Assembly (NCBI GenBank): GCA_016199935.1
Contig: JACQFS010000005.1
Span: forward strand, 1-44,952
Direction: 5' to 3'
Length of the DNA stretch: 44,952 bases
Origin: Verrucomicrobiota bacterium
Lineage (GTDB): Bacteria; Verrucomicrobiota; Verrucomicrobiia; Limisphaerales; JACQFS01
Positions within the stretch are counted from its first letter, which is position 1, and every line of letters begins with the position of its first letter. The notes beneath the pieces are model-generated. The model made no database searches and had not been told where the DNA came from. It worked only from the letters and a program-made list of their open reading frames with translations. Made by a program: the position numbers and the translations under genes. Of this stretch, positions 36,289-44,952 are shown piece by piece.

Positions 36289-36840
36289 GTATTCAGTGTT
36301 CAGTTTTCAGTATTCAGAACCGCTATGAAAACACAGCCGAACATCGAATCGCCGCCGCTGCGGCCACCGCTGCCTTTTGCAAGGAGCTTCAAGGAACTGG
36401 CGGTTTATCAGAAGGCGCGGGTGCTGACGCGGGAGGTGTTCAAGATTACCAAGCGATTCCCGCGCGAAGAGGCGTATTCGCTGACCGACCAGTGGCGGCG
36501 CGCGGCGCGTAGCATCGGCGCGCAAATTTCGGAAGCGTGGGCGAAACGACGATACCCAAAAAGCTTTGTCAGCAAACTGGCCGATGCAGACGGCGAGCAG
36601 ATGGAAACGCAGCACTGGACCATCGTCGCTTACGACGATGGCTACATCTCGCGCGAGGAAGCGCAGCGCATCGGTTCGCTCGCATTGGAAGTCGGCCGGA
36701 TGCTCGGCGACATGATCCAAAATCCCGAGTCCTTCTGCGGTGACGAATTCAACTCAGCCCTCCGCGAAACTCCCTCCCACTATTTCGTGGATACGGTGGA
36801 GCACGACCCACTGAACACTGAATACTGAACACTGAATACT
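36289..36840 (+). mobile_element. IVS-like cassette 2: heptamer array / four-helix-bundle gene / inverted heptamer array.
   Basis: Left array TATTCAG TGTTCAG TTTTCAG TATTCAG (36290-36317). Right array CTGAACA CTGAATA CTGAACA CTGAATA (36811-36838). The arrays are reverse complements (26/28 pairing). The cassette is inserted between the PSD1 stop at 36284 and the DUF1501 start at 36847. Confidence 0.55.
36325..36828 (+). CDS. Four-helix-bundle protein (TIGR02436 / 23S rRNA IVS-protein family).
   Basis: ELAVYQKARVL...KRFPREEAYSLTDQWRRAARSIGAQISEAWAKRRY...FVSKLADADGEQMETQHW. The stop codon lies within the right heptamer array. Confidence 0.8.
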   Translation: MKTQPNIESPPLRPPLPFARSFKELAVYQKARVLTREVFKITKRFPREEAYSLTDQWRRAARSIGAQISEAWAKRRYPKSFVSKLADADGEQMETQHWTIVAYDDGYISREEAQRIGSLALEVGRMLGDMIQNPESFCGDEFNSALRETPSHYFVDTVEHDPLNTEY

Positions 36841-36846
36841 TTCTCC

Positions 36847-38325
36847 ATGAACCCCCTCGCCGCCCGCCTCGCCCACCTCACGCGCCGCCAGTTCTTCAAG
36901 ACGAGCGGCATCGCCGGCGGCAGCATCGCTCTGGCGTCGTTGCTCGGTGAGGCGGCGCGCGCGTCCGTGCCGAAGTCCGGGGCGGTCCACCCTGCCCTGC
37001 CCGGCTTCCCGCATTTTGCGCCGAGGGCGAAGCGGTTGATTTATCTCCACATGAACGGCGCGCCGTCGCAGCTCGACATGTGGGATTACAAACCGAAACT
37101 CCAGGCGGAGTTCGACAAGGATCTGCCCGACAGCATCCGCAAGGGCCAGCGCATCACCACGATGACGAGCGGGCAGGCGCGGCTGCCGGTCGCGCCCTCG
37201 CTCTTCGAGTTCAAGCAGCACGGCAAATGCGGCACGTGGGCGAGCGAACTTCTCCCGTGGACTTCGAAGCTCGTGGATGACCTCGCCGTCATCCGCACCG
37301 TCCACACCGAGGCGATCAATCACGACCCCGCGTGCACGTTCGTGATGACCGGCAGCGAGGTGCCGGGCAAGGCGAGCCTCGGCTCGTGGATTTCCTACGG
37401 CCTCGGCAGCGAGAACAATGACCTGCCGGCGTTCGTCGTGCTCACGCCCGTGTGGTCGTCGGGCGCGGCGGCGCAGGCGCTCTTCACGCGCATGTGGAGC
37501 AGCGGCTTTCTGCCGACGACTCACGCCGGCGTTGCGCTGCGCGCGAAGGGCGATCCGGTGTTGTTTGTGAAAAATCCACCCGGCGTGGATCGCAGCGCGC
37601 GCCGCGACATGCTCGATTCGCTCGGCGAACTGAACCAGTTGAACTACGCGCGCTTCGCCGATCCCGAAACGCAAACGCGCATCGCGCAATACGAGATGGC
37701 GTTCCGCATGCAGATGTCCGTGCCAGACTTGGTGGATGTCTCGAAGGAGTCGAAAGCCACGCTCGATCTCTACGGCCCCGAGGTGACGACGCCGGGGACG
37801 TTCGCGCACAGTTGCCTGCTCGCGCGCCGGCTCTCCGAAAGAAATGTGCGCGTCGTGCAGTTGCTCCATCGCGGCTGGGATCAGCACGCCAATCTGCCGA
37901 AGGACATCCGCGCGCAGTGCCACGACACCGATCAGGCGTGCTTCGGCCTGCTCACCGACCTCAAGGCGCGCGGCCTGCTCGACGACACGCTCGTGGTGTG
38001 GGGCGGCGAGTTCGGGCGCACGGTTTATTCGCAAGGCAAGCTCACGCAGGACAATTACGGCCGCGACCATCACCCGCGCTGCTTCACGATGTGGATGGCC
38101 GGCGGCGGCGTGAAAGGCGGCATGGTCTATGGCGAGACGGACGACTACAGCTACAACATCGTCGAGAACCCCGTCCACGTGAACGAGCTGAACGCGACGA
38201 TTCTCCACTGCCTCGGCATCAACCACGAGAAATTCACCTTCAAGTTCCAGGGCAATCCGCCTCCGGCACCGACACGTTCGCCTCACGGCTCAGGTCGCCA
38301 TCGTCCGGCAGCGAGGGATCGGTGA
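36847..38325 (+). CDS. DUF1501-domain protein (Tat signal).
   Basis: RRQFFKTSG Tat-like motif plus the DUF1501 pattern. It is the partner gene downstream of PSD1. Confidence 0.85.
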   Translation: MNPLAARLAHLTRRQFFKTSGIAGGSIALASLLGEAARASVPKSGAVHPALPGFPHFAPRAKRLIYLHMNGAPSQLDMWDYKPKLQAEFDKDLPDSIRKGQRITTMTSGQARLPVAPSLFEFKQHGKCGTWASELLPWTSKLVDDLAVIRTVHTEAINHDPACTFVMTGSEVPGKASLGSWISYGLGSENNDLPAFVVLTPVWSSGAAAQALFTRMWSSGFLPTTHAGVALRAKGDPVLFVKNPPGVDRSARRDMLDSLGELNQLNYARFADPETQTRIAQYEMAFRMQMSVPDLVDVSKESKATLDLYGPEVTTPGTFAHSCLLARRLSERNVRVVQLLHRGWDQHANLPKDIRAQCHDTDQACFGLLTDLKARGLLDDTLVVWGGEFGRTVYSQGKLTQDNYGRDHHPRCFTMWMAGGGVKGGMVYGETDDYSYNIVENPVHVNELNATILHCLGINHEKFTFKFQGNPPPAPTRSPHGSGRHRPAARDR

Positions 38326-38424
38326 ACTCCTGCGTCGCGGCGATGCCGTGCTTTTCCAGCATCGCGACGAGCATCTCGGTGTTGACCAGCGGGCCGGTGT
38401 AGAAAAGTTTCACGCGCGACTTGC

Positions 38425-39072
38425 TCAGGGGAGGATGATTCGGTTGGTCGGCTCGCCGGTGCGTGACAGGACGGCGTCCACCTCGTTCTGCAAAACATTC
38501 CGCACGCTTCCGTCGCGGAAGAGAAAATTGCCGACGCCCCGGTGCATGGTCTTGGCATCCCACGTGGAGCCATTGGTTCCCAGTGACTGGATGCGGCCCG
38601 GTTGAGGTTTGGCGGCGCGAATGTTCCGGTCGCCCGCCAGCAAGGCGGAATCGTTGGTTGCCATCGGCGGGAACGCGAGAAAGTAACTGAGCTGCCCGTT
38701 GTTCTTCAGGTCGGAAAACTGCGCCGTAAAACCGTTCGTATCAGTCGCACACTTCAAGACTTTCGGCGAAAGCAGTTCGTTGCTCAACACCAGAAAATGC
38801 CGGAAGAGTTCGCCCGCCTCGACCAACTCCCTGGTGCCGCCGCGGTTCGTGGAAACATTCATGGGCAGCAGGTCATCGTGATTCATGGCCCACTGCTGAT
38901 GAACCAAACCGATTTGTTTGAGATCACTGAGACATTTGATCTGCCGGACACGCCGGTAGGACTGATTCATCCCGCACGGCAGGCCGACGAACACAAGCAG
39001 GAAAAACACCGCCGCCAGAATCACCAGCACGTTCCACGGATTGGCGAGGAAAGGTCGGCTGTGGTCACTCAT
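38425..39072 (-). CDS. DUF1559-like (H-X9-DG) protein that lacks the canonical prepilin N-terminal motif.
   Basis: Transmembrane helix at the N-terminus but no FTLIEL motif. C-terminal HRGVGNFLFRDGS matches H-X9-DG. ATG 39072 was chosen; TTG 39078 is an alternative. Confidence 0.55.
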   Translation of the reverse strand: MSDHSRPFLANPWNVLVILAAVFFLLVFVGLPCGMNQSYRRVRQIKCLSDLKQIGLVHQQWAMNHDDLLPMNVSTNRGGTRELVEAGELFRHFLVLSNELLSPKVLKCATDTNGFTAQFSDLKNNGQLSYFLAFPPMATNDSALLAGDRNIRAAKPQPGRIQSLGTNGSTWDAKTMHRGVGNFLFRDGSVRNVLQNEVDAVLSRTGEPTNRIILP

Positions 39073-39090
39073 GGTCAACGTAAATGCAAA

Positions 39091-39624
39091 TCACCTGCGC
39101 CGCGACTGCGGCACCGCCACCGGCGGCGCATTCGTCGGATCCTCGTCAATTGGCACGAGCACGATCGTGACGGCGTTCGAGTCGAAATAGTCAGCGCTCG
39201 GATACACGATTGTGAAGGTTCGGGTGGAGCCGAGGTGCATGACCGGCGGCGCGCCCGCCGAACCGCCCGCGTCGCCAGCCACTTCCAGGGCGTTGGTCCT
39301 GGCCATGAACACGCCCAGTGAACTCGCCGGCGGCGGCGGAGCGGTCGCCATCGTCACCGGCATCGGCATCGACGCCGGTGCCGAAATGGTCGGGAGTGGC
39401 GAAGTCACGCGGACGGGATTGGTCGCCGAAGTTGCCGCGCCCGGGCCCGACGGTTCCTCGACCACCGCCGCGGTCGTCGGCCCCGGCGCGGGCCTCGTGG
39501 CGAGCGAGCGGGTGAGCTTCACCACGTGAAACACGAGATACACCGCGAACGCAGTCAGGAAAATGGCGAACACGGTTTCCTTGCGCGTGCCGGCGCGGCG
39601 GGTCGTGGAGTTGGGCAGCTTCAT
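39091..39624 (-). CDS. Hypothetical signal-anchored Pro/Ala/Thr-rich protein.
   Basis: Only the 3' 177 codons of ORF 39091..39936 are plausible. The ATG lies 9 nt after the upstream stop. One transmembrane helix, then a low-complexity P/A/T-rich region. Confidence 0.4.
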   Translation of the reverse strand: MKLPNSTTRRAGTRKETVFAIFLTAFAVYLVFHVVKLTRSLATRPAPGPTTAAVVEEPSGPGAATSATNPVRVTSPLPTISAPASMPMPVTMATAPPPPASSLGVFMARTNALEVAGDAGGSAGAPPVMHLGSTRTFTIVYPSADYFDSNAVTIVLVPIDEDPTNAPPVAVPQSRRR

Positions 39625-39632
39625 GGCGCGCG

Positions 39633-40256
39633 TCAGTTGCCGACCTTGAGGTTGCCGGTGAGCGCGTCGCGCAGTTGCGCGTCGTTGAACTCCTGCGCGC
39701 TGCCGTCCGAGAGGAGGACGTTGCCCCGGCGGTTGTGGATTTCCTCCGTCCACGCAGCCTGCGAGTTGATGATGATTTGCACGCCGCCCGTCGCGCGCAC
39801 CTTGGTGATGTTGCGGTCGGCGGCGAGGAGCGACATCGGCTTGTCCGGCCGCGCGTCGAGGCCGATGAGGTAGCTCAGGTTGCGATTGCGCAACGCGGGC
39901 CACGTCTCCGCCGGCTGGCGCGTGTCGGACGGGCACGCGAGCACCTTCGGCGTCTGCAACAGGTTGGAGAGGACGAGCACGTGGCGGTAAGCCTGCGGCG
40001 TGGCGACAAATTCCCGCGAGCCGCCCTGGGCGACCGGCACGCGCATCGGAAATTTTCCGTCATGATCCTGCGCCCACATGATGAATCCGATGCCGTCCTG
40101 CCGGAGGTTGCTCACGCACTTGACCTGGCGCGCGCGCCCCGGCGCCTTCGCGATGACCGGCAGCAACAGCGAGGCGAGAATGCCGATGATGACGATGACC
40201 ATCAGCAACTCGACGAGCGTGAAGGCGCGGCGATTTTGACGATTGGAGTGGCGCAT
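39633..40256 (-). CDS. Prepilin-type N-terminal cleavage/methylation domain + DUF1559 (H-X9-DG) protein.
   Basis: AFTLVELLMVIVIIGILASLLLP pilin-like N-terminus and HNRRGNVLLSDGS (H-X9-DG). Start trimmed to ATG 40256. Confidence 0.8.
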   Translation of the reverse strand: MRHSNRQNRRAFTLVELLMVIVIIGILASLLLPVIAKAPGRARQVKCVSNLRQDGIGFIMWAQDHDGKFPMRVPVAQGGSREFVATPQAYRHVLVLSNLLQTPKVLACPSDTRQPAETWPALRNRNLSYLIGLDARPDKPMSLLAADRNITKVRATGGVQIIINSQAAWTEEIHNRRGNVLLSDGSAQEFNDAQLRDALTGNLKVGN

Positions 40257-40376
40257 CGCCGGGACTTTAGCAGCAGTGGTGCCACGAAGGAAACAGGCGA
40301 TATTTCGCCGGAGCACGTCGCAAGCACGGGTGATTCTCACGCGAAAGGGTTGAATCTCGCGCAGCGACAGCGCGAC

Positions 40377-40411
40377 TTTGAATCTTGAACTTTGAACTTC
40401 GAACCTCGAAC
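40377..40411 (+). repeat. Degenerate heptamer tandem array (TTTGAAT CTTGAAC TTTGAAC TTCGAAC CTCGAAC) ending 10 nt before a start codon.
   Basis: Five consecutive YTYGAAY units, read directly. The unit resembles the in-CDS ACTCGAA/TCGAAAC repeat at 33606. Confidence 0.7.
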
Positions 40412-40420
40412 GTCGCCGCC

Positions 40421-41236
40421 ATGCAATTCGGCATCTGCAACGAGATTTACCAGGACTGGTCGCTAGCCGACGCGTGCGCGCACGCGAAGCGCACCGGCTA
40501 CGACTGCATCGAGATCGCGCCCTTCACGCTCTGCAAACACGTTACCGACCTCGGCCCCGCCGAGCGCCAGCGCATCAAGGACACGGCGGCGCAGGCGGGC
40601 ATCGCCATCAGCGGCATCCATTGGGTGCTCGTGCAGACGGAGGGGATGTATCTCACCCATCCCGACGCGGCGGTGCGCGAGCGAACGGCGAAATATTTTG
40701 TCGAGCTGGTGAATTTTTGCGCGGACATCGGCGGCAAGATCATCGTCGTCGGCTCGCCCAAGCAGCGCAACCTGATGGAGGGCGTCACGTATGAACAGGC
40801 GTGGGCCTTCGCGACGGAAGTGTTCCGCCCGGCGGTGAAACAGGGCGAACGGCGCGGCGTGACGATCTGCTTCGAGCCGCTCGCGCCGTCGGAGACGAAC
40901 TTCGTGAACACCGCCGCCGAGGGAATTCGTTTTGCAAAGCAGTTCAACTCGCCCGCGATGAGCATCATCCTCGACGTGAAGGCGATGTCGTCCGAGCCGC
41001 AGCCGGTGCCGCAGACGATCCGCGCGAGCAAAGGCGGCTTCCGCTATTTCCACGCGAACGACGTGAACCTCAAAGGCCCCGGCTTTGGCGACGTGGATTT
41101 CAAACCGATCTTCGCCGCGCTGCGCGACGTGGGCTACGACGGCGTGGTGTCGGTGGAGGTGTTCAAGTTCGAGGAAGGCGCGGACGTGATCGCGTCGAAG
41201 AGCCTCGAAAACATGAAGCGCGCGAGCGCGGCGTGA
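40421..41236 (+). CDS. Sugar phosphate isomerase/epimerase (xylose-isomerase-like TIM barrel).
   Basis: AP-endonuclease-2 / TIM-barrel pattern. Start trimmed to ATG 40421; the ORF-track TTG at 40385 lies within the heptamer array. Confidence 0.75.
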   Translation: MQFGICNEIYQDWSLADACAHAKRTGYDCIEIAPFTLCKHVTDLGPAERQRIKDTAAQAGIAISGIHWVLVQTEGMYLTHPDAAVRERTAKYFVELVNFCADIGGKIIVVGSPKQRNLMEGVTYEQAWAFATEVFRPAVKQGERRGVTICFEPLAPSETNFVNTAAEGIRFAKQFNSPAMSIILDVKAMSSEPQPVPQTIRASKGGFRYFHANDVNLKGPGFGDVDFKPIFAALRDVGYDGVVSVEVFKFEEGADVIASKSLENMKRASAA

Positions 41237-41242
41237 GTCCGG

Positions 41243-41348
41243 CGGAGTGCGGCGTTCACGCCGCTTCAATGTCCGGTGCCACGAGCGCCGGGAATTCTCA
41301 ACGCGCTTGGAATGGCGGAAGTTGAAGCGGCGTGAACGCCGCGCTCCG
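41243..41348. terminator. 27-bp-arm inverted repeat with a 52-nt loop between convergent genes.
   Basis: CGGAGTGCGGCGTTCACGCCGCTTCAA (41243-41269) pairs with TTGAAGCGGCGTGAACGCCGCGCTCCG (41322-41348), 26/27 with one T-G wobble. Confidence 0.55.
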
Positions 41349-41400
41349 CTCACGGCAATGGCGCGATTTCACAGACGGATAATTTCCTCAATGACACTCC

Positions 41401-44400
41401 TCATTTCCCCACCGGAGCAGGAATGGCCTCCGGCGCGTCCGCTTCCGCCCCGATTTTTCCAGCACGTTTGCGCTTCGCGAAAAATTTTCCCGCGCCCCAG
41501 TCGTCGAAAATCGCGTAGCTCACGGGCGTGACGAGCAGCGTGAGCAGGAGGCAGAGCATCTGCCCGCCGATGATGACCTTGGCCATCGAGGCGCGGCCGG
41601 CGGCGCCGGGGCCTTTGCCGAGCGCGATGGGGATCATGGACATCACGAGCATCATCGTCGTCATCAGGATCGGGCGGAGCCGGACGCGGTTGGCCTCGAT
41701 GATCGCCGCCTCGCGCGGCACGCCGCGGGCGCGCAGCGTGTTGGTGTAGTCCACCTGGAGGATGCCGTTTTTCTTCACGATGCCGAAGAGCATGAAGAGC
41801 CCGAAGATCGAGTAGATGTTGAACGGCTCGCCGATGAAAATCATCGTCGCCAGCGCGAACGGCAGCGAGAGCGGCACGGCGAGCATGATGGCGACGGGAT
41901 GGACGAAGTGCTCGAACTGCGCGGCGAGAATCATATACATGAAGAGCATCGCGAGGCCGAAGGCGATGGCGAAGTTGACGCCGGTTTCCTGGAGCGTCTT
42001 CGCGCGGCCGGTGAAATGGATGTCGTAGCCGGCCGGCATGTTGAGCGGCTCGATGATCGCGCGCGTGGCGGCTATCGCGTCGTTGAGCGGAAGGTCCAGG
42101 AGATTCGCGCCGACGGTCACCTTGCGCTGGCGCTGGTAGCGATCAATCTGGTTCGGCCCGCGGGCTTCTTCGAGGCGGACGAAGTTGGCGAGTTGCACGA
42201 GCGACGGCTCGTTGTTCGTGGCCGGGGCCGCGGTGCTGCCGCCGACGCGGAGCATAATCTGGTCGAGCGCCTCCTGCGTGTTGCGGTTGCGTGCGTCGGC
42301 GCGGAGCCACACGTCGTATTGCTCGTCGTCCTCCTTGTAGGTGCCGACGATCTCGCCGCCGACGAGCGTGCGCAGCGTGTTCGCCACGTCGGCGGCGCGC
42401 AGGCCGAACTGGCTCGCCTTCGCGCGGTCAATGTGCGCGTGCAATTCCGGCGTGCGGTCGGAGAGCGTCGTGTCCACGTCCACCATGCCCTCGGTCGCGC
42501 GCAGGCCGTCGAGGATTCGCGCGGAGTAGCCGGAGAGTTTTTTCAGGTCGGGGCCGGTGAGGTTGAAGGACAGCTCGGACTTGCCCGATTCGCCGACGTT
42601 GGAGATGCGCTGCACGCTGCTGCGCACGTCGGGATATTGCGCCAGAATTTTTCGCGCGAGCCGCATCGCGTCGAACTGCGACCAGCCGCGTGACCGGCCG
42701 AGGAGCGTGGACCAGAAGCCGCCCAGCTCCGGCACGCGACAGTAGAGGCTCGCCTGCGACACGTCGCCCTCGCCCTTGCCGACGCGGCTCGAGGTTTCGC
42801 CGATGGTGGCGAGCGTGTCCTCGACAATGGGCTGGCCGTCAATGCGCTGGGCCTTGATCTGCCGCTCGATCTCGGCAGTGATCTCCGCCGAGCGGGCCAG
42901 CGTCGAGCCTTCGGGCATCTTCATCACCACCTCGAATTCGCTCGAATCATCCTGTGGCAGGTAGTTGAACTTCGTGTGCGGCACGAGCCAGGCGAGCGTG
43001 GCCATGCACGCGCCCGCCGCCGTCATCACCACCCAACGGTGGCGCAGGCTCCACGTGAGCAGCGTCGTGTAATGCCGCCCGAGCCACTTCATCAGCGCGC
43101 CGCCGTGGGCCTTTTTCTCGCGGGCCTTCTCGTCCTTTGTGTGGCGCAGGAAACGCGACGCGAGCATCGGCGTGAGCGTGAAGGAAATAAACAGCGACAC
43201 CATGATCGCGAACGCGACCGTCACGCCGTAGCTGGAGAAAAACATCCCGACGCGCCCCTTCATGAACGCGAGCGGGAGGAAGATCACCACGAGCGAGAGC
43301 GTCGTCGCGAGCACGGCCAGCGCGATCTCTTTCGTGCCGAGGCTGGCGGCGCTTCGGCCGTCCATTTGCTTCTCCTCCATCGTGCGGTGGATGTTTTCGA
43401 GGACGACGATGGCGTCATCAATCACAATGCCGACGGCGAAGACGAGCCCGAGCATGGTGAAGTTGTTCAGCGAATAATCCATCGCGCGCATCAGCGCGAA
43501 CGTCGAGATGAGCGACGCCGGGATGGCCACGGACGCGATGAGCGTGCCGCGCCAGTCGTGGAGGAAAAAGAAAACCGTGAGCGCCACGAGCACCGCGCCA
43601 AAGAGCAGGTGGAAGCTGATCTCGTCGAGCGAGCGGCGGATGAAGCGCGACTGGTCGCGGATGATGTTGAGCTTGAAGTCAGCGGGGATGGTGCCGCGGA
43701 GTTCCTCCAGCCGCGTCTTCACGGCATCAATCACGGCGACGGTGTTCGCGCCGGACTGCTTGCGCACGGAGAGCATGACGGCATTCTCGCCGTTGAGCTT
43801 CGCGAGCGAGCGCGGCTCCTCCACGGAGTCGGCCACCTTCGCCACGTCCTTGAGGTAGATCGGCTGGCCGCCCGAATTGCCGATGATGATGTTGGAAAAG
43901 TCCGGCACCTGCTCCATGCGACCAAGCGTGCGGACCGTCAGCTCGCGCGAGCCCTGGTCCACGCGGCCGCCGGGCACCTCGATGTTCTGCTGCAACAGCG
44001 CCGCGCGCACGTCCTCGATGGTGAGGCTGCGCGCGCGGAGCGAATCAATGTCCACCGTCACCTGCACGGCGCGGCGGCGCGCGCCGACGAGATTCACCGA
44101 GCCGACGTCGAGCACGGTCTCGAGGTTTTGTTTGATCTGCTTGTCCGAAATGAACGTCACCTCGCGCAGATCGCGGGGCGCGCTGACGGCGAGGCCGAGG
44201 ACCGGCACGGAGCCGACGTCGAACTTGTCGATGATCGGCAGCTCGGTTCCCGGCGGCAGGCGCGAGAGGATGGTGTTGACCTTGTCGCGCACGTCCTGCG
44301 CGGCGATGTCGCGGTTGCGCTCGTAGAGAAACTGGACGGTGATGCTGGAGACGCCTTCGCGCGTGACGCTGCTCAACTCGTCAATGCCCTGCACCGTGTT

Positions 44401-44685
44401 GATGATCTCCTCCAGCGGCTTGGTGACGCTGGTCTCCATCTCCTCCGGCGACGCGCCGCGCAGTGTGGTCGTGACCGTGACGATGGGCAGCTCGACGTTC
44501 GGGAACTGGTCAATGCCGATGCTGAAGAACGAAACCAGCCCGAGCACGACGAGCAGCAGGTTCATCATCGTCGCGAACACCGGCCGGCGGATGCACAGGT
44601 CCGCGAGGCCGATACCTTTCTCGGTGACGCGCGCGGCCAGTCCGGACGGCTTGTCCGGCGATTCGGGGGAAGCGGGCGTGGCCAT
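41401..44685 (-). CDS. RND-family efflux transporter permease (AcrB/CzcA-like).
   Basis: 1094 aa with 12 transmembrane helices and two large periplasmic loops; typical RND length and motifs. Confidence 0.9.
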   Translation of the reverse strand: MATPASPESPDKPSGLAARVTEKGIGLADLCIRRPVFATMMNLLLVVLGLVSFFSIGIDQFPNVELPIVTVTTTLRGASPEEMETSVTKPLEEIINTVQGIDELSSVTREGVSSITVQFLYERNRDIAAQDVRDKVNTILSRLPPGTELPIIDKFDVGSVPVLGLAVSAPRDLREVTFISDKQIKQNLETVLDVGSVNLVGARRRAVQVTVDIDSLRARSLTIEDVRAALLQQNIEVPGGRVDQGSRELTVRTLGRMEQVPDFSNIIIGNSGGQPIYLKDVAKVADSVEEPRSLAKLNGENAVMLSVRKQSGANTVAVIDAVKTRLEELRGTIPADFKLNIIRDQSRFIRRSLDEISFHLLFGAVLVALTVFFFLHDWRGTLIASVAIPASLISTFALMRAMDYSLNNFTMLGLVFAVGIVIDDAIVVLENIHRTMEEKQMDGRSAASLGTKEIALAVLATTLSLVVIFLPLAFMKGRVGMFFSSYGVTVAFAIMVSLFISFTLTPMLASRFLRHTKDEKAREKKAHGGALMKWLGRHYTTLLTWSLRHRWVVMTAAGACMATLAWLVPHTKFNYLPQDDSSEFEVVMKMPEGSTLARSAEITAEIERQIKAQRIDGQPIVEDTLATIGETSSRVGKGEGDVSQASLYCRVPELGGFWSTLLGRSRGWSQFDAMRLARKILAQYPDVRSSVQRISNVGESGKSELSFNLTGPDLKKLSGYSARILDGLRATEGMVDVDTTLSDRTPELHAHIDRAKASQFGLRAADVANTLRTLVGGEIVGTYKEDDEQYDVWLRADARNRNTQEALDQIMLRVGGSTAAPATNNEPSLVQLANFVRLEEARGPNQIDRYQRQRKVTVGANLLDLPLNDAIAATRAIIEPLNMPAGYDIHFTGRAKTLQETGVNFAIAFGLAMLFMYMILAAQFEHFVHPVAIMLAVPLSLPFALATMIFIGEPFNIYSIFGLFMLFGIVKKNGILQVDYTNTLRARGVPREAAIIEANRVRLRPILMTTMMLVMSMIPIALGKGPGAAGRASMAKVIIGGQMLCLLLTLLVTPVSYAIFDDWGAGKFFAKRKRAGKIGAEADAPEAIPAPVGK

Positions 44686-44689
44686 GGGC

Positions 44690-44952
44690 TTACTGGCTGG
44701 CCGGCGGGGCGCTGTCCGCCGCGTGCTTCACCGTCACCTTGAGTCCATCACGCAACTTGCCGTGGCCGGTGACCACGACGGAATCCCCGGCCTTCAACCC
44801 GGTGAAAATCTGCTGCTTGCCGTCCTTGATGCGGCCGACCTGCACCTCGCGCACGCGGGCAACGCCGCCCTCAATCACAAAGACCTTCGTCACGCCGGCG
44901 AAGTTGATGACCGCCTCGACCGGCACGATGAGCACCGGCACATCTTTTTCGA
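44690..44952 (-). CDS. RND efflux membrane-fusion (periplasmic adaptor) protein, C-terminal fragment; the gene continues beyond the window edge.
   Basis: C-terminal beta-rich membrane-fusion-protein pattern (VTKVFVIEGG...KAGDSVVVTG). Its stop lies 4 nt upstream of the RND start. Confidence 0.65.
   Translation of the reverse strand, partial: EKDVPVLIVPVEAVINFAGVTKVFVIEGGVARVREVQVGRIKDGKQQIFTGLKAGDSVVVTGHGKLRDGLKVTVKHAADSAPPASQ

Noticed and set aside
39625-39936. Upstream 104 codons of ORF 39091..39936.
   Set aside because: This part overlaps the DUF1559 gene on the same strand in another frame and is Arg/Gln-rich. Only the ATG at 39624, 9 nt after the DUF1559 stop, gives a plausible protein.
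1-44952. CRISPR arrays, rRNA genes, integrase/transposase genes.
   Set aside because: Arrays are ruled out: the only regularly spaced direct repeats are the 7-nt tandem arrays, and the other repeats are inverted pairs. No rRNA-like conserved stretches were seen. No ORF shows integrase or DDE-transposase motifs, so the cassettes and MITE-like elements appear non-autonomous.

Overview
This is a high-GC (roughly 60-65% by eye) bacterial chromosomal window. The gene content points to a Verrucomicrobiota/Planctomycetota (PVC) lineage: PSCyt1/PSCyt2-PSD1 (DUF1549/DUF1553) proteins, two DUF1501 proteins, prepilin-like DUF1559 (H-X9-DG) proteins and a PEP-CTERM protein are all present. I can support about 48 CDSs, one tRNA-Val(UAC), and the ribosomal genes rpmG and rpsR; rpmG is too short to appear in the ORF track.

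Main content, left to right:
- an NfeD / PEP-CTERM / flotillin / EEP-nuclease operon;
- an overlapping PLDc_N / small ORF / HNH triad;
- beta-carbonic anhydrase, folE2, dksA-like, rpmG-rpsR, a ZIP transporter, and prmA / phosphatase / rph;
- a roughly 14 kb catabolic supercluster that joins reductive pyrimidine degradation, an AGXT2-like transaminase, MmsA, an NCS1 permease and the methylcitrate cycle prpDBC;
- PVC-type DUF1501 and PSD1 genes, a DUF1559 operon, and an RND efflux pump.

The most unusual observations are:
1. Two roughly 540-550 bp cassettes each carry a four-helix-bundle (23S rRNA IVS-protein family) gene. Each is bracketed by inverted arrays of degenerate heptamers that could pair into a 19-28 bp stem, and each sits inside an mRNA operon. 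This is the architecture of an rRNA intervening sequence.
2. Two distinct families of structured palindromic intergenic repeats each occur twice in the window. One is MITE-like with about 30 bp terminal inverted repeats.
3. Several single-gene low-GC insertions interrupt otherwise conserved operons.
4. Perfect heptamer tandem arrays occur inside a CDS and directly 5' of start codons.
5. Two translationally coupled two- or three-gene modules (a minimal nucleotidyltransferase plus a small helical protein, and PLDc_N / small ORF / HNH) look like toxin-antitoxin or defence-like modules but match no canonical pairing.

GC statements are by-eye estimates. No database searches were run, and family assignments rest on recognised sequence motifs.
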